This document shows, piece after piece, positions 20,739 through 29,125 of a stretch of 32,000 bases of DNA. Location: NCBI RefSeq assembly GCF_013177435.1, contig NZ_CP053627.1, positions 240,001 through 272,000 of the forward strand, read 5' to 3'. The DNA comes from Xylella taiwanensis (GTDB taxonomy: Bacteria; Pseudomonadota; Gammaproteobacteria; Xanthomonadales; Xanthomonadaceae). The position numbers and the translations under genes were made by a program. Within the stretch, counting starts at the first letter, position 1, and every line of letters starts with the position of its first letter. The notes below the pieces were generated by a model. That model was not told where the DNA came from, made no database searches, and saw only the letters and a program-made list of their open reading frames with translations.

Positions 20739-21752
20739 TTATTTGATGTTTTTTGTCCAGTAGCTCTCGATCTGTTGAACTAGAGAATTGGGTAGTGGCA
20801 CATAATCGAGTTGCTCGGCTAGTGATTGGCCGTTCTCGAAGCACCATTTGAAGAAATTCAACGTGGTTTTGCTGGATACGGGATTCTTGGCTTTTTTGTA
20901 CAAAATCGCCCAAGTCGTGGCGGTAATTGGCCAAGCATTCGGTTCGGGAGCGTTGGTTATGATCAAATTGAAGTCCTTCGAAGATTTCCAATCGGCGGTC
21001 GCGGCGGCGGCGGAGAAGGACTTGTCGTTCGGCATCACGTAGTGACCTGCAGCATTTTTCATTCCTGCATAGCTCAAGTTGTTCTGCAGCGCGTAAGCGT
21101 ATTCGACATAGCCAATGCCGCCACGAATCTGCTTGACATAGGCTGCTACACCCTCATTACCCTTGCCACCAATACCGGTAGACCACTGTACCGTCGTCCC
21201 TTCGCCGACTTTTTGTTTCCATTCCGGACTGACCTTGGAGAGGTAGTTCGTGAAGTTGAACGTAGTGCCGGAACTCTCGGAGCGGTGTACGACGGTGATC
21301 TTCATTTCTGGAAATACCAAGCCCGGATTGAGCGCCGTGATGGCAGGGTCGTTCCACTTGGAAATTTTTCCGATAAAAATATTCGCCAATGTGGTGCCAT
21401 CGAGCTTCACCGTGCCTGCTGCGATGCCCGGTACGTTGAACACCGGCACGATGCCACCGGTCACGATCGGGAATTGAGCGAGACCGAACTGATTGAGTTC
21501 TTGTGTACTCAAAGGCTTGTCAGATGCTCCAAAATCGACAGTAGCTGCTTTGATTTGAGCGATCCCTCCTCCGGAGCCAATCGATTGATAGTTGATGCGA
21601 TTGCCGCTCTTCTCGGCGTATGCGGCAGACCATTTGGACAGCACCGGGTACACGAAACTTGAACCGGCACCGGTGATATCAGTGGCTTGAGTGGCGAATG
21701 AGAATGAAGTGACGGTGACAATCGTCAGCAACCTGAGCTTGAGGGAAAACAT
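20739..21752 (-). CDS. pstS: phosphate ABC transporter substrate-binding protein PstS
   Basis: Signal peptide MFSLKLRLLTIVTVTSFSFATQA, followed by DITGAGSSFVYPVLSKWSAAY...YQSIGSGGGI...FGASD, which is canonical PstS. The start is trimmed to ATG 21752 (AAGGGG RBS upstream). The ORF-track start at 22001 runs through the divergent promoter. Confidence 0.93.
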   Translation of the reverse strand: MFSLKLRLLTIVTVTSFSFATQATDITGAGSSFVYPVLSKWSAAYAEKSGNRINYQSIGSGGGIAQIKAATVDFGASDKPLSTQELNQFGLAQFPIVTGGIVPVFNVPGIAAGTVKLDGTTLANIFIGKISKWNDPAITALNPGLVFPEMKITVVHRSESSGTTFNFTNYLSKVSPEWKQKVGEGTTVQWSTGIGGKGNEGVAAYVKQIRGGIGYVEYAYALQNNLSYAGMKNAAGHYVMPNDKSFSAAAATADWKSSKDFNLIITNAPEPNAWPITATTWAILYKKAKNPVSSKTTLNFFKWCFENGQSLAEQLDYVPLPNSLVQQIESYWTKNIK

Positions 21753-21815
21753 TTTTGGAAAACCCCTTAAATGGAAAAATCGGCACCTTTGCCGAAGTGA
21801 TGTCATTGCAAAGTG

Positions 21816-21859
21816 ATTTTGTGAATTTAATGAGAATATTTCATGACAATTTTGTGAAT
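21816..21859 (-). promoter_or_regulatory. four contiguous 11-bp PhoB-type half-sites (two Pho boxes) upstream of pstS
   Basis: The minus strand from 21859 to 21816 reads ATTCACAAAAT TGTCATGAAAT ATTCTCATTAA ATTCACAAAAT. It is followed by CACTTTGCAAT (candidate -10 TGCAAT). The array ends 64 bp upstream of the pstS ATG. Confidence 0.6.
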
Positions 21860-21871
21860 ACTTGCCGCATG

Positions 21872-21937
21872 TTGTCTTTTTATTGTCATCTTTTTGCCGC
21901 GGAATTGTCGCTTTATTGACGGAAAATTCACAAAAAA
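21872..21937 (+). promoter_or_regulatory. six contiguous 11-bp PhoB-type half-sites (up to three Pho boxes) upstream of the phosphate porin gene
   Basis: The plus strand reads TTGTCTTTTTA TTGTCATCTTT TTGCCGCGGAA TTGTCGCTTTA TTGACGGAAAA TTCACAAAAAA. It is followed directly by TTTGCATTCGA (candidate -10 TGCATT). The porin ATG is at 21990. Confidence 0.6.
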
Positions 21938-21989
21938 TTTGCATTCGAAATCTCGAATGAAAGCTTTTCCACTTTACGGAGACATCCCA

Positions 21990-23222
21990 ATGCGTTCCCA
22001 TGTCGTTGCTGTCGCGATCATCGCTAATCTTGGATTGCTTTCCGCACCTGCAGCGTTTGCTACGAAGATGACAACCCCGGTTTCGTCGGCCACTGCCGTT
22101 CAGTTGCAGGAGTTACAGGCGAAGATCGCGGTTCTACAGAGTCAGGTGCAGCAGTTACAAGCTCAAACTCAATCCTTGCAGGCTCAGTCCGACGCCCAAT
22201 CCGAAGTGAATGTGGTGCAAGCGCAGGCAACAGAGGCATTTCAGACAGCGAGTGCTAATATCGAGAAACAAGCAAATAGCACCAGGATTGGCGGTCGTAT
22301 GTTCTTCGATCTGACGAACATTGATCGTACCAGCGGCGGTAACAAGACTGCCGCCAGTGGTACCGGTTTGGATGTTAAACGCTTCTATCTATCTATTGAC
22401 CATGCTTTCAACAACATCTGGTCTGCGAACTTGACTAGCGACTTCCAGTACAGTTCGGCCATCTCAAGTACCGAGCTGTTCATTAAAAAGGCTTATGTGC
22501 AGGGCAAGTTCTATGATTCCTTTGTGTTGCGTGTTGGTGCTGCCGACATGCCGTGGATACCGTTCGTTGAGAAGTTTTACGGTTATCGCTATGTTGAGAA
22601 CACGTTGACTGATCGTCTGAAGTATGCGAATTCTTCTGACTGGGGATTGCATGCTTACGGTGATATCACTCCGCAGCTCAATTATGCTGTGTCAGTGGTA
22701 AACGGTGGAGGTTACAAAAATCCAACACGCACCAAGGGGATGGACGTTGAAGGGCGAGTTGCCTTTATGCCGACCCAGAGTATTGCCATTGCTGTTGGTG
22801 GTTATTCTGGGAAATTGGGTAAAGAGACTGAAGTCACCAGCGCCCAAAATACTTATACTCGTGGTGATGTAATGGTTGCCTATGCTGACTCGCGTTTCCG
22901 TATGGGTGGCGAATATTTTATGGCCAAGAATTTGAACAATGTGTTGACTCTGTACACCGATAAGAGCAGCGGTTGGTCAGTATGGGGCAATGTTGCACTC
23001 ACCAACGGTGGCATCAATGTATTTGGTCGTTATGATAAAACTGATCTGAGTAAAACGAGCGATCCCTCGCTATATGACAAGTATTGGAATGTCGGCGTTG
23101 AGTTTCCGATCATGAAGAACCTGAAGGTAGCGACGGCGTACAAATATACGCGCCAGAAGAACAACATAAACACTAATCTTGAGAATAAGGAATGGGGTAT
23201 TTGGGGTGACCTGACATTTTGA
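21990..23222 (+). CDS. phosphate-selective porin O/P family outer-membrane protein
   Basis: Signal peptide MRSHVVAVAIIANLGLLSAPAAFA, a Q-rich coiled-coil segment, then a beta-barrel-type sequence (RIGGRMFFDLTNID..., alternating aromatic/polar strands) that ends in ...WGIWGDLTF (C-terminal Phe). It is divergent from pstS with Pho-box-like repeats upstream. GGAGA sits 9 nt before the ATG. The ORF-track start at 21894 is rejected. Confidence 0.82.
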   Translation: MRSHVVAVAIIANLGLLSAPAAFATKMTTPVSSATAVQLQELQAKIAVLQSQVQQLQAQTQSLQAQSDAQSEVNVVQAQATEAFQTASANIEKQANSTRIGGRMFFDLTNIDRTSGGNKTAASGTGLDVKRFYLSIDHAFNNIWSANLTSDFQYSSAISSTELFIKKAYVQGKFYDSFVLRVGAADMPWIPFVEKFYGYRYVENTLTDRLKYANSSDWGLHAYGDITPQLNYAVSVVNGGGYKNPTRTKGMDVEGRVAFMPTQSIAIAVGGYSGKLGKETEVTSAQNTYTRGDVMVAYADSRFRMGGEYFMAKNLNNVLTLYTDKSSGWSVWGNVALTNGGINVFGRYDKTDLSKTSDPSLYDKYWNVGVEFPIMKNLKVATAYKYTRQKNNINTNLENKEWGIWGDLTF

Positions 23223-23275
23223 TAATCGATGCAGTACCATTAAAAAGATCGAACTTCTAGATTGTTTTCTTCGGG

Positions 23276-23308
23276 TCGCCGGTATTATTACGTACCGGCG
23301 ATTCTTGC
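23276..23308 (+). terminator. putative rho-independent terminator of the porin gene
   Basis: Perfect 9-bp stem TCGCCGGTA (23276-23284) / TACCGGCGA (23293-23301) with an 8-nt loop, followed by the moderately T-rich TTCTTGCATTCT. It lies 54 nt after the stop codon. Confidence 0.5.
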
Positions 23309-24321
23309 ATTCTCTACTTTTATCTGTGTAATAGAGTTGAAATCGTGTGATATATAATTAGTGAGGCAGATATTGTCTTTTCACATTCTTTAAAATATTA
23401 CATCAATGTGTTGATAGTTCTACTGGTATAGGTTTGTTGCTTCACATGTACGGCCGGAACATTGCGCCGGCCCGGCAAGGTTGCTTTTAGTGATCATCTT
23501 GAGTGTCGGTATATCTTTCTAATTCAAAGGATTATCTAAGGTTTTTTCCGCGTCAGATGAGAAATATTTCCATACTGATGCGTGATGTTTCAATGACTGT
23601 TGAGTTGCATACTTTGCCGATATTTGCGCGTCGGTCTGCGGATGAAATTGGAATCGAAGTTCTCAGTGTCTGTGCAGTGAGCGATTTGCTTCCCACATAT
23701 TTGCTGTGCGGGGCTTTTATGTCTCCTATTGCTCGGTACGATTTTGGCAAAGACTTGTTAGTGTTGATCAAGTCACACCTGAATTCGCTTTCACATAGGT
23801 TAGTCTGTTTTTTTCCAGTGATTGACTTGTGTCCTTGTTATGTGCGGCTCGAATATCTTTCACATTCCGCGTGCGATGCTGCTTGCGTAGTCACTTGGTT
23901 CGCACGGATTGTCACAGCGTGTTACATGCAGCGGCTGCGTGCCCTTCGGTGGATTCCCGTAATTACGCTCCTTGTCGCGTATATGGTTCTGCATGAAGCG
24001 GTTGTATTCCCACGAGTATGTATCAGCGTTGCGGTGTAGTACTTGTCCTTGCTTCGTTTGTGCTCAGCGAGCCATTCAAGTGGCCAGGTTGCCGTTTGTC
24101 GTGGTGATGCCCGTGCAAGGCACGGAGACATAAGATTGCTTGCTAGCACTCCGGAGAAGAGAGAGAACAGAGAGCGAAACAGAGTCAACCAAGCGCATTT
24201 CGACTGTTGTTGCCGACGCTGGTCAGCATATGTAAAACGGATCGGAACTCTATGTGGCGTTACGCGTTACTGGCTCACAAATAAAAACGCCCAACCGATG
24301 GGAGGTATGAGCGTGGAATGG

Positions 24322-24397
24322 TGGTGGAGAAGAGGAGGATCGAACTCCCGACCTCGTCATTGCGAACGACGCGCTCTACCAGCTGAGCTACTTCCCC
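24322..24397 (-). tRNA. tRNA-Ala (anticodon CGC)
   Basis: The reverse complement is GGGGAAGTAGCTCAGCTGGTAGAGCGCGTCGTTCGCAATGACGAGGTCGGGAGTTCGATCCTCCTCTTCTCCACCA. It folds as a 76-nt cloverleaf with acceptor GGGGAAG/CTTCTCC carrying the G3:U70 alanine identity pair, anticodon loop TTCGCAA (CGC), T-loop TTCGATC, and an encoded CCA. Confidence 0.93.
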
Positions 24398-25651
24398 GCA
24401 AGTCACGGATGATAACACTCTGCTGACGGAGTGAGACAAAAATTTCTGTCGGGTCTCCATGACAACCATACTTCCTGACATATGCTCATGCTCAGTATCG
24501 CTCAGGCAAATCGCCATGCCATCTTTTTCTCACTGCAGTAGCCCATGTTCTCCGAAATAGATTTGTTGTTTCTATTCATGTGCATATTTCAAAGAGATCT
24601 CCGAGACTATCTGGAAAGCCAGGCACATTTCCAGTCACACGCTGCATCCCAACACCGATATGTGTTGGGCAGTTCGCGTTGGTCAGGGGCTTGGGATTTC
24701 CAATTTTCAGGGAACAGGTGTTTGTTGGTGCTTTAGGGAGTTTTTTAATCTTTTCGAGGTTGTAATGAATAGGCGGCGGCGCTGACATCCGTTGATCTGC
24801 CCAGCGCATGGAATGTTGCCATGATTTTGTCACTACTGGCTGATGAGGGCGAAGACGATTTGAAGATTCAGTGACTTCACACTAGAGCGTGTTGGCATTT
24901 CCTGATAATTATGTCGGGCAAGTACAGGTTGCTATCGAGGTGAAAAGCAGTGCTGAAAGCTGGTGTGGCTCGATACGGTTTATGGTAGCCAAGTCAATAG
25001 GAAGTTTCTGTTAAACAAGAAGCAGACCAAGTACGGGTGTAGCAGCGGTATCATCGTGGTACAACATAACTGCTCTGCCGCCTGATGTTACAGCGAAGTC
25101 GAGTTTTCATATGAGGTCATTTTTGTGTCGTTCGCAACAATGACCACGGATACGTTCTGCTTCTGCAGCGTATCAAGAGATTATTGGCTATAGAGAACCT
25201 CTCACTCTGAAATATCGATCTCTTTGAGAAAATATGAATGATCTCTGGGCCTACATGATGATGCGGATGAAGGGAATAAAAAATAATTCAATATTTTAAA
25301 GTTGACTTGCGATTATCAAGATGTTTGCGTCTTGCTGCGGTCTCTGCGACATGCGCAGATGGAGCTTATTGGAAGTTCTGATCAATTGATCGTCTGTGTT
25401 ATGAACTCTGATGATCGAGATCATTCATCCCTTAGGAAATAAATGGTGACGGGTGGTTTGTGTAGCAGTGAGTGGTGCTCTCATATCTCATAAAAGTTGA
25501 GTCACGATAGCGACATAACAGCGCTCTATGCCTCATAGTGTGTGGCCCAGACATTAATGTTTTGGGGAGTGGATGGATGTGCGTGGCGTTGTTGAGATAT
25601 CGTCTGCCGTTGCGGTGCTGGACGCAGCACAATGTATTGCTGTGAGAGATC

Positions 25652-25915
25652 ATGATGAATATACATACCGAACCCACCCGATTGGTTGGCCATAGACTTC
25701 ACTTTCTTTTCAATGGTGGGATGGTGCGTGTCCAGGGTTCGACAACGGCTGAGATGATTGAGCGGCAGCTTCTGATTAGCCGTGCTGCCGATCTGGAAGG
25801 GGAAGCAACCGAATTGGCTGCCATGCTGGATGTGTCGCTGCAGGCACTGTGCGATTTCAAAGCGTGCCGTCTTGATGGAGGTTGGAGTGAAGTGAGCGTT
25901 CAGGGGGGGCTATGA
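25652..25915 (+). CDS. hypothetical small protein (87 aa), possibly co-translated with the downstream peptidase
   Basis: The stop overlaps the start of the M24 peptidase gene (ATGA at 25912-25915). I recognise no family. The evidence is support by arrangement only. Confidence 0.35.
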   Translation: MMNIHTEPTRLVGHRLHFLFNGGMVRVQGSTTAEMIERQLLISRAADLEGEATELAAMLDVSLQALCDFKACRLDGGWSEVSVQGGL

Positions 25916-27114
25916 GCATCCAGATCGGTCACCTCACTCTGGAACAGGCACGTGCGCAACTAACACCGTGGACGCAGCGTGCTCCTGCGATTACCGTGGA
26001 CGAATACGCGCAGCGTATCGAACAGGCGCGTGTATTGATGCGTACCCAAGGTGTCGATGCATTGTTGGTCGGTGCTGGCGCGTCACTGCGCTATTTTACT
26101 GGGGTACCTTGGAGTGCAAGTGAGCGGCTGGTGGCATTATTGATCTTCCTTTCCGGTGATCCATTGTTGATCTGCCCGGCGTTCGAGGAGGGATCGCTTG
26201 ATGCAGTGTTGTTATTGCCAGCCGAAAAACGCTTGTGGGAGGAACATGAGGATCCGTATGCGCTAGTGGCGCAGGCAATGACTGACCACGGTGCGCGCAC
26301 GCTTGCGTTGGACCCTGGTGCTGCGTTTGCGGTGCATACGGGGTTGTGTGGCCATTTGGATGCATGTGTGATCATCGATGCGACTGTGATTGTCGATGGC
26401 TGCCGGTTGTGCAAATCGCCAGCTGAATTGGCGTTGATCCAGCAAGCCTGCGATATGACTCTGCGAGTGCAGCGCCTGGCTGCAGGGATTGTCCACGGGG
26501 GCATCGGTACTGATGCCCTAGTACGTTTCATTGATGAGGCGCACCGCCTACTTGGTGCCGACAACGGTTCGACCTTTTGCATCGTGCAGTTCGGTCACGC
26601 GACGGCGTTCCCGCATGGCATCCCAGGTGTGCAGCACTTGCACGAGGGGGAGTTGGTACTGATCGATACCGGCTGTACCGTGCAGGGCTATCACTCAGAT
26701 ATCACCCGTACCTGGATCTACGGTGTGCCCAGCGATGATCAGCGGCGAATCTGGGATTTGGAGCAGGCTGCACAGGCGGCGGCGTTTGCAGCCGTGCGGC
26801 CAGGTGTGGCTTGCGAGGCGGTGGACATGGCGGCACGCAAGGTGCTTGAGCTGGGTGGCTTGGGGCCTGGTTACTGTCTCCCCGGCTTGCCGCACCGCAC
26901 GGGGCATGGTTGCGGTCTTGCGATTCACGAGGCCCCATACCTGGTACGTGGCAACCGCACGGTGCTTCGTCAAGGTATGTGTGCTAGTGATGAACCGATG
27001 ATCGTGGTGCCGGGGCACTTTGGTGTACGCCTTGAGGATCATTTCTACGTCACCGAGGACGGTGCACAGTGGTTCACATCGCCGTCGCCGGCGATTGACA
27101 GGCCGTTTGTCTGA
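25912..27114 (+). CDS. M24 family metallopeptidase (Xaa-Pro dipeptidase / aminopeptidase P-like)
   Basis: An N-terminal creatinase/prolidase-type domain is followed by a pita-bread fold with metal ligands in the canonical order: ...FGHATAFPHG..., LIDTGCTVQGYHSDITRTW, HRTGHGCGLAIHEAPY, EPMIVVPG.FGVRLED. Confidence 0.9.
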   Translation: MSIQIGHLTLEQARAQLTPWTQRAPAITVDEYAQRIEQARVLMRTQGVDALLVGAGASLRYFTGVPWSASERLVALLIFLSGDPLLICPAFEEGSLDAVLLLPAEKRLWEEHEDPYALVAQAMTDHGARTLALDPGAAFAVHTGLCGHLDACVIIDATVIVDGCRLCKSPAELALIQQACDMTLRVQRLAAGIVHGGIGTDALVRFIDEAHRLLGADNGSTFCIVQFGHATAFPHGIPGVQHLHEGELVLIDTGCTVQGYHSDITRTWIYGVPSDDQRRIWDLEQAAQAAAFAAVRPGVACEAVDMAARKVLELGGLGPGYCLPGLPHRTGHGCGLAIHEAPYLVRGNRTVLRQGMCASDEPMIVVPGHFGVRLEDHFYVTEDGAQWFTSPSPAIDRPFV

Positions 27115-27301
27115 TGTTCAAGAGACTCGATCTCATTCAGTTTCTCTCAATTTGTATCAAAGAAAGAAGGATCACACATCGCTTCCGTCTACACATGACC
27201 CATTTACCTTTGCCTGTTTTTCGCTTTGGGGAAGGTGCCTCGAAAGCTCAGATGAGAGCTTCCAAGCAAAGAACCATACATTAACTTTTGGGAGTGACTG
27301 C

Positions 27302-29125
27302 ATGTCATCGATCTGCCGTCTTACCGTCTCGCTGCTGTCTGCTGTGCTGTTCTCGGCGTGTAGCGGTTCCAACCCGCCTACCGGGACCGGTGCCCCTGCT
27401 CGCCGTGTTACCTCGTCTGATCAGGCGGCCCGGGCCTTCGATCAGTTGCTCGATCAGCAGTGGCAGTACCAGCTTGTGCATAGCCCCGAGTTCGCCAGCA
27501 TTATCGGTGATAAGCGTTATAACGATCGCTGGAGTGACTACTCGTCTGCCGCAGTGGAGGCAGACCGTCAGGCTACTGCGGAGTTCCAGACGAAGTTCCA
27601 GACGGTGGATGCTGCTGTCCTGGACGAGCAGCGCCGACTAAGCCTGATGCTGATGCGGCGTCAACTGCAGGATCGACTGGAGGCAATCCGGCTAAGGATG
27701 CACGAGATGCTGTTAGAGCCTGTTGGTGGTATCCACTTGGAGCTTGCTAGTTATAGCGACATGTTCCCATTCGAGGACATCAAGGACTATCAGGATTACA
27801 TCAAGCGCCTACAGGGAGTGCCTGCGCTGATCGACCAGGTGATTGCGGTCTCGCGCCAGGGGGCGCATGACGGTCTGATTCAGCCGCGCTATCTTCTGGA
27901 AAAGCTTCCAGCACAGATTCGTAAGATTGCTGCGGTAGCTGGTGCCGATAACCCGTTCGCTTCGCCGTTGAAGAAGCTTGATCAGGTAGTACCGGATGCG
28001 GCACAGCGTGCTCAATTACGTGCTGCGCTGATTACTGCGGTAGACCAGCAGGTACGTCCGGCTTATGAAACACTGGCTGCGTTCGTGCAGGACGAATATG
28101 CGACGCAGGGCCGTGAACACGAAGGTCTGTGGTCGCTGCCGGATGGGGAGGCACGTTACCGTTTCGCAATCCACACCCAGACTACCACCGACCAATCGCC
28201 GGAGGAGATTCATCAGATCGGTCTGCGCGAGGTTGCACGGATCGAGGGAGAGATGACTGCGATTGCGACCTCAATGGGCTACAAGGATTTGATCAGCTTC
28301 CGCAAGGCGGTGACGAGCGATAAGGCACACTTTGCTAGGAGTGGTGAGCAGATCCTTGGGTTGTATCGTGGCTACATAGTTGGTATGCAGCAGGCATTGC
28401 CTAAACTGTTCGGGCACCTGCCGAAGACCCCGTTGGAGGTACGGGGGATGCCAACGTTCCGTCGTGAGGGACCTGGCGCCGAATACTTGCAGGGCCCGCC
28501 GGGAGGGAGCAGGCCGGCCATCGTGATGGTCAACACCAACGATGCCACCGAGCGTACCTTAGTCAACATCGAGACCACTGCCTACCATGAGGGCGTGCCG
28601 GGCCATCACCTGCAAATCTCGCTGGCACAGACGTTGCCACTGCCGCCGTTCCGGCAGCAGGCTGGCTACAACGCGTATGTCGAAGGTTGGGCGTTGTACG
28701 CGGAGCGCTTGGGCAAGGAAGCCGGCTTCTTCAAGGACCCTTACAGCGACTATGGTCGCTTAGCGGGCGAGTTGTTGCGTGCCAACCGCTTGGTACTCGA
28801 TACCGGTGTGCACTATAAGCGCTGGACTCGGCAGCAGATGATCGATTTTTTCCATGCGCACCCATCCGACGACGAGCCGAGCATCCAGGCTGAGACGGAC
28901 CGTTACATTGTTTGGCCTGGGCAGGCGCTGGGCTACAAGCTTGGTCAGATGCAGATCCTCATGTTGCGCGTCAAGGCTGAGAAGGCGCTCGGTGCTCGGT
29001 TCGATCTCCGGGCATTCCACGATGCTGTGCTCGGTGGCGGTGCGATGCCGTTGGATCTGCTGGCACAGCGGATTGATGCGTGGATTGCTCAAGCCCGGGG
29101 GGTGTCACAGGCGCGGCCGCAGTGA
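27302..29125 (+). CDS. DUF885 domain-containing protein, probable lipoprotein
   Basis: MSSICRLTVSLLSAVLFSAC-SG is a signal peptide with a Cys lipobox-like end. DUF885 hallmarks follow: ...DRWSDYS..., YHEGVPGHHLQ, NAYVEGWALYAE, ETDRYIVWPGQALGYKLG, FHDAVLGGGAMPL. The start is trimmed from 27020 (which overlaps the peptidase gene) to ATG 27302, with GGGAG upstream. Confidence 0.88.
   Translation: MSSICRLTVSLLSAVLFSACSGSNPPTGTGAPARRVTSSDQAARAFDQLLDQQWQYQLVHSPEFASIIGDKRYNDRWSDYSSAAVEADRQATAEFQTKFQTVDAAVLDEQRRLSLMLMRRQLQDRLEAIRLRMHEMLLEPVGGIHLELASYSDMFPFEDIKDYQDYIKRLQGVPALIDQVIAVSRQGAHDGLIQPRYLLEKLPAQIRKIAAVAGADNPFASPLKKLDQVVPDAAQRAQLRAALITAVDQQVRPAYETLAAFVQDEYATQGREHEGLWSLPDGEARYRFAIHTQTTTDQSPEEIHQIGLREVARIEGEMTAIATSMGYKDLISFRKAVTSDKAHFARSGEQILGLYRGYIVGMQQALPKLFGHLPKTPLEVRGMPTFRREGPGAEYLQGPPGGSRPAIVMVNTNDATERTLVNIETTAYHEGVPGHHLQISLAQTLPLPPFRQQAGYNAYVEGWALYAERLGKEAGFFKDPYSDYGRLAGELLRANRLVLDTGVHYKRWTRQQMIDFFHAHPSDDEPSIQAETDRYIVWPGQALGYKLGQMQILMLRVKAEKALGARFDLRAFHDAVLGGGAMPLDLLAQRIDAWIAQARGVSQARPQ

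Noticed and set aside
20826-21662. 278-aa plus-strand ORF.
   Set aside because: It lies fully antisense to pstS, has an Arg/Gly-rich composition typical of antisense frames, and matches no family.
23503-24039. 178-aa plus-strand ORF next to tRNA-Ala.
   Set aside because: It starts at a non-ATG codon without a convincing RBS. It is Cys/Leu/Arg-rich, has no recognisable domain, and sits in otherwise decayed DNA. It might be annotated as hypothetical, but I cannot support it.
24200-24321. An att-like duplication of the tRNA-Ala 3' end, or an integrase gene adjacent to the tRNA.
   Set aside because: I could not find a second copy of the GGATCGAACTCC-containing 3' segment anywhere in the window. 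No integrase-like translation appears in either flank.
26091-26582. 163-aa minus-strand ORF, together with the other ORFs at 26096-27042.
   Set aside because: They are antisense to the M24 peptidase gene, which has an unambiguous motif order.
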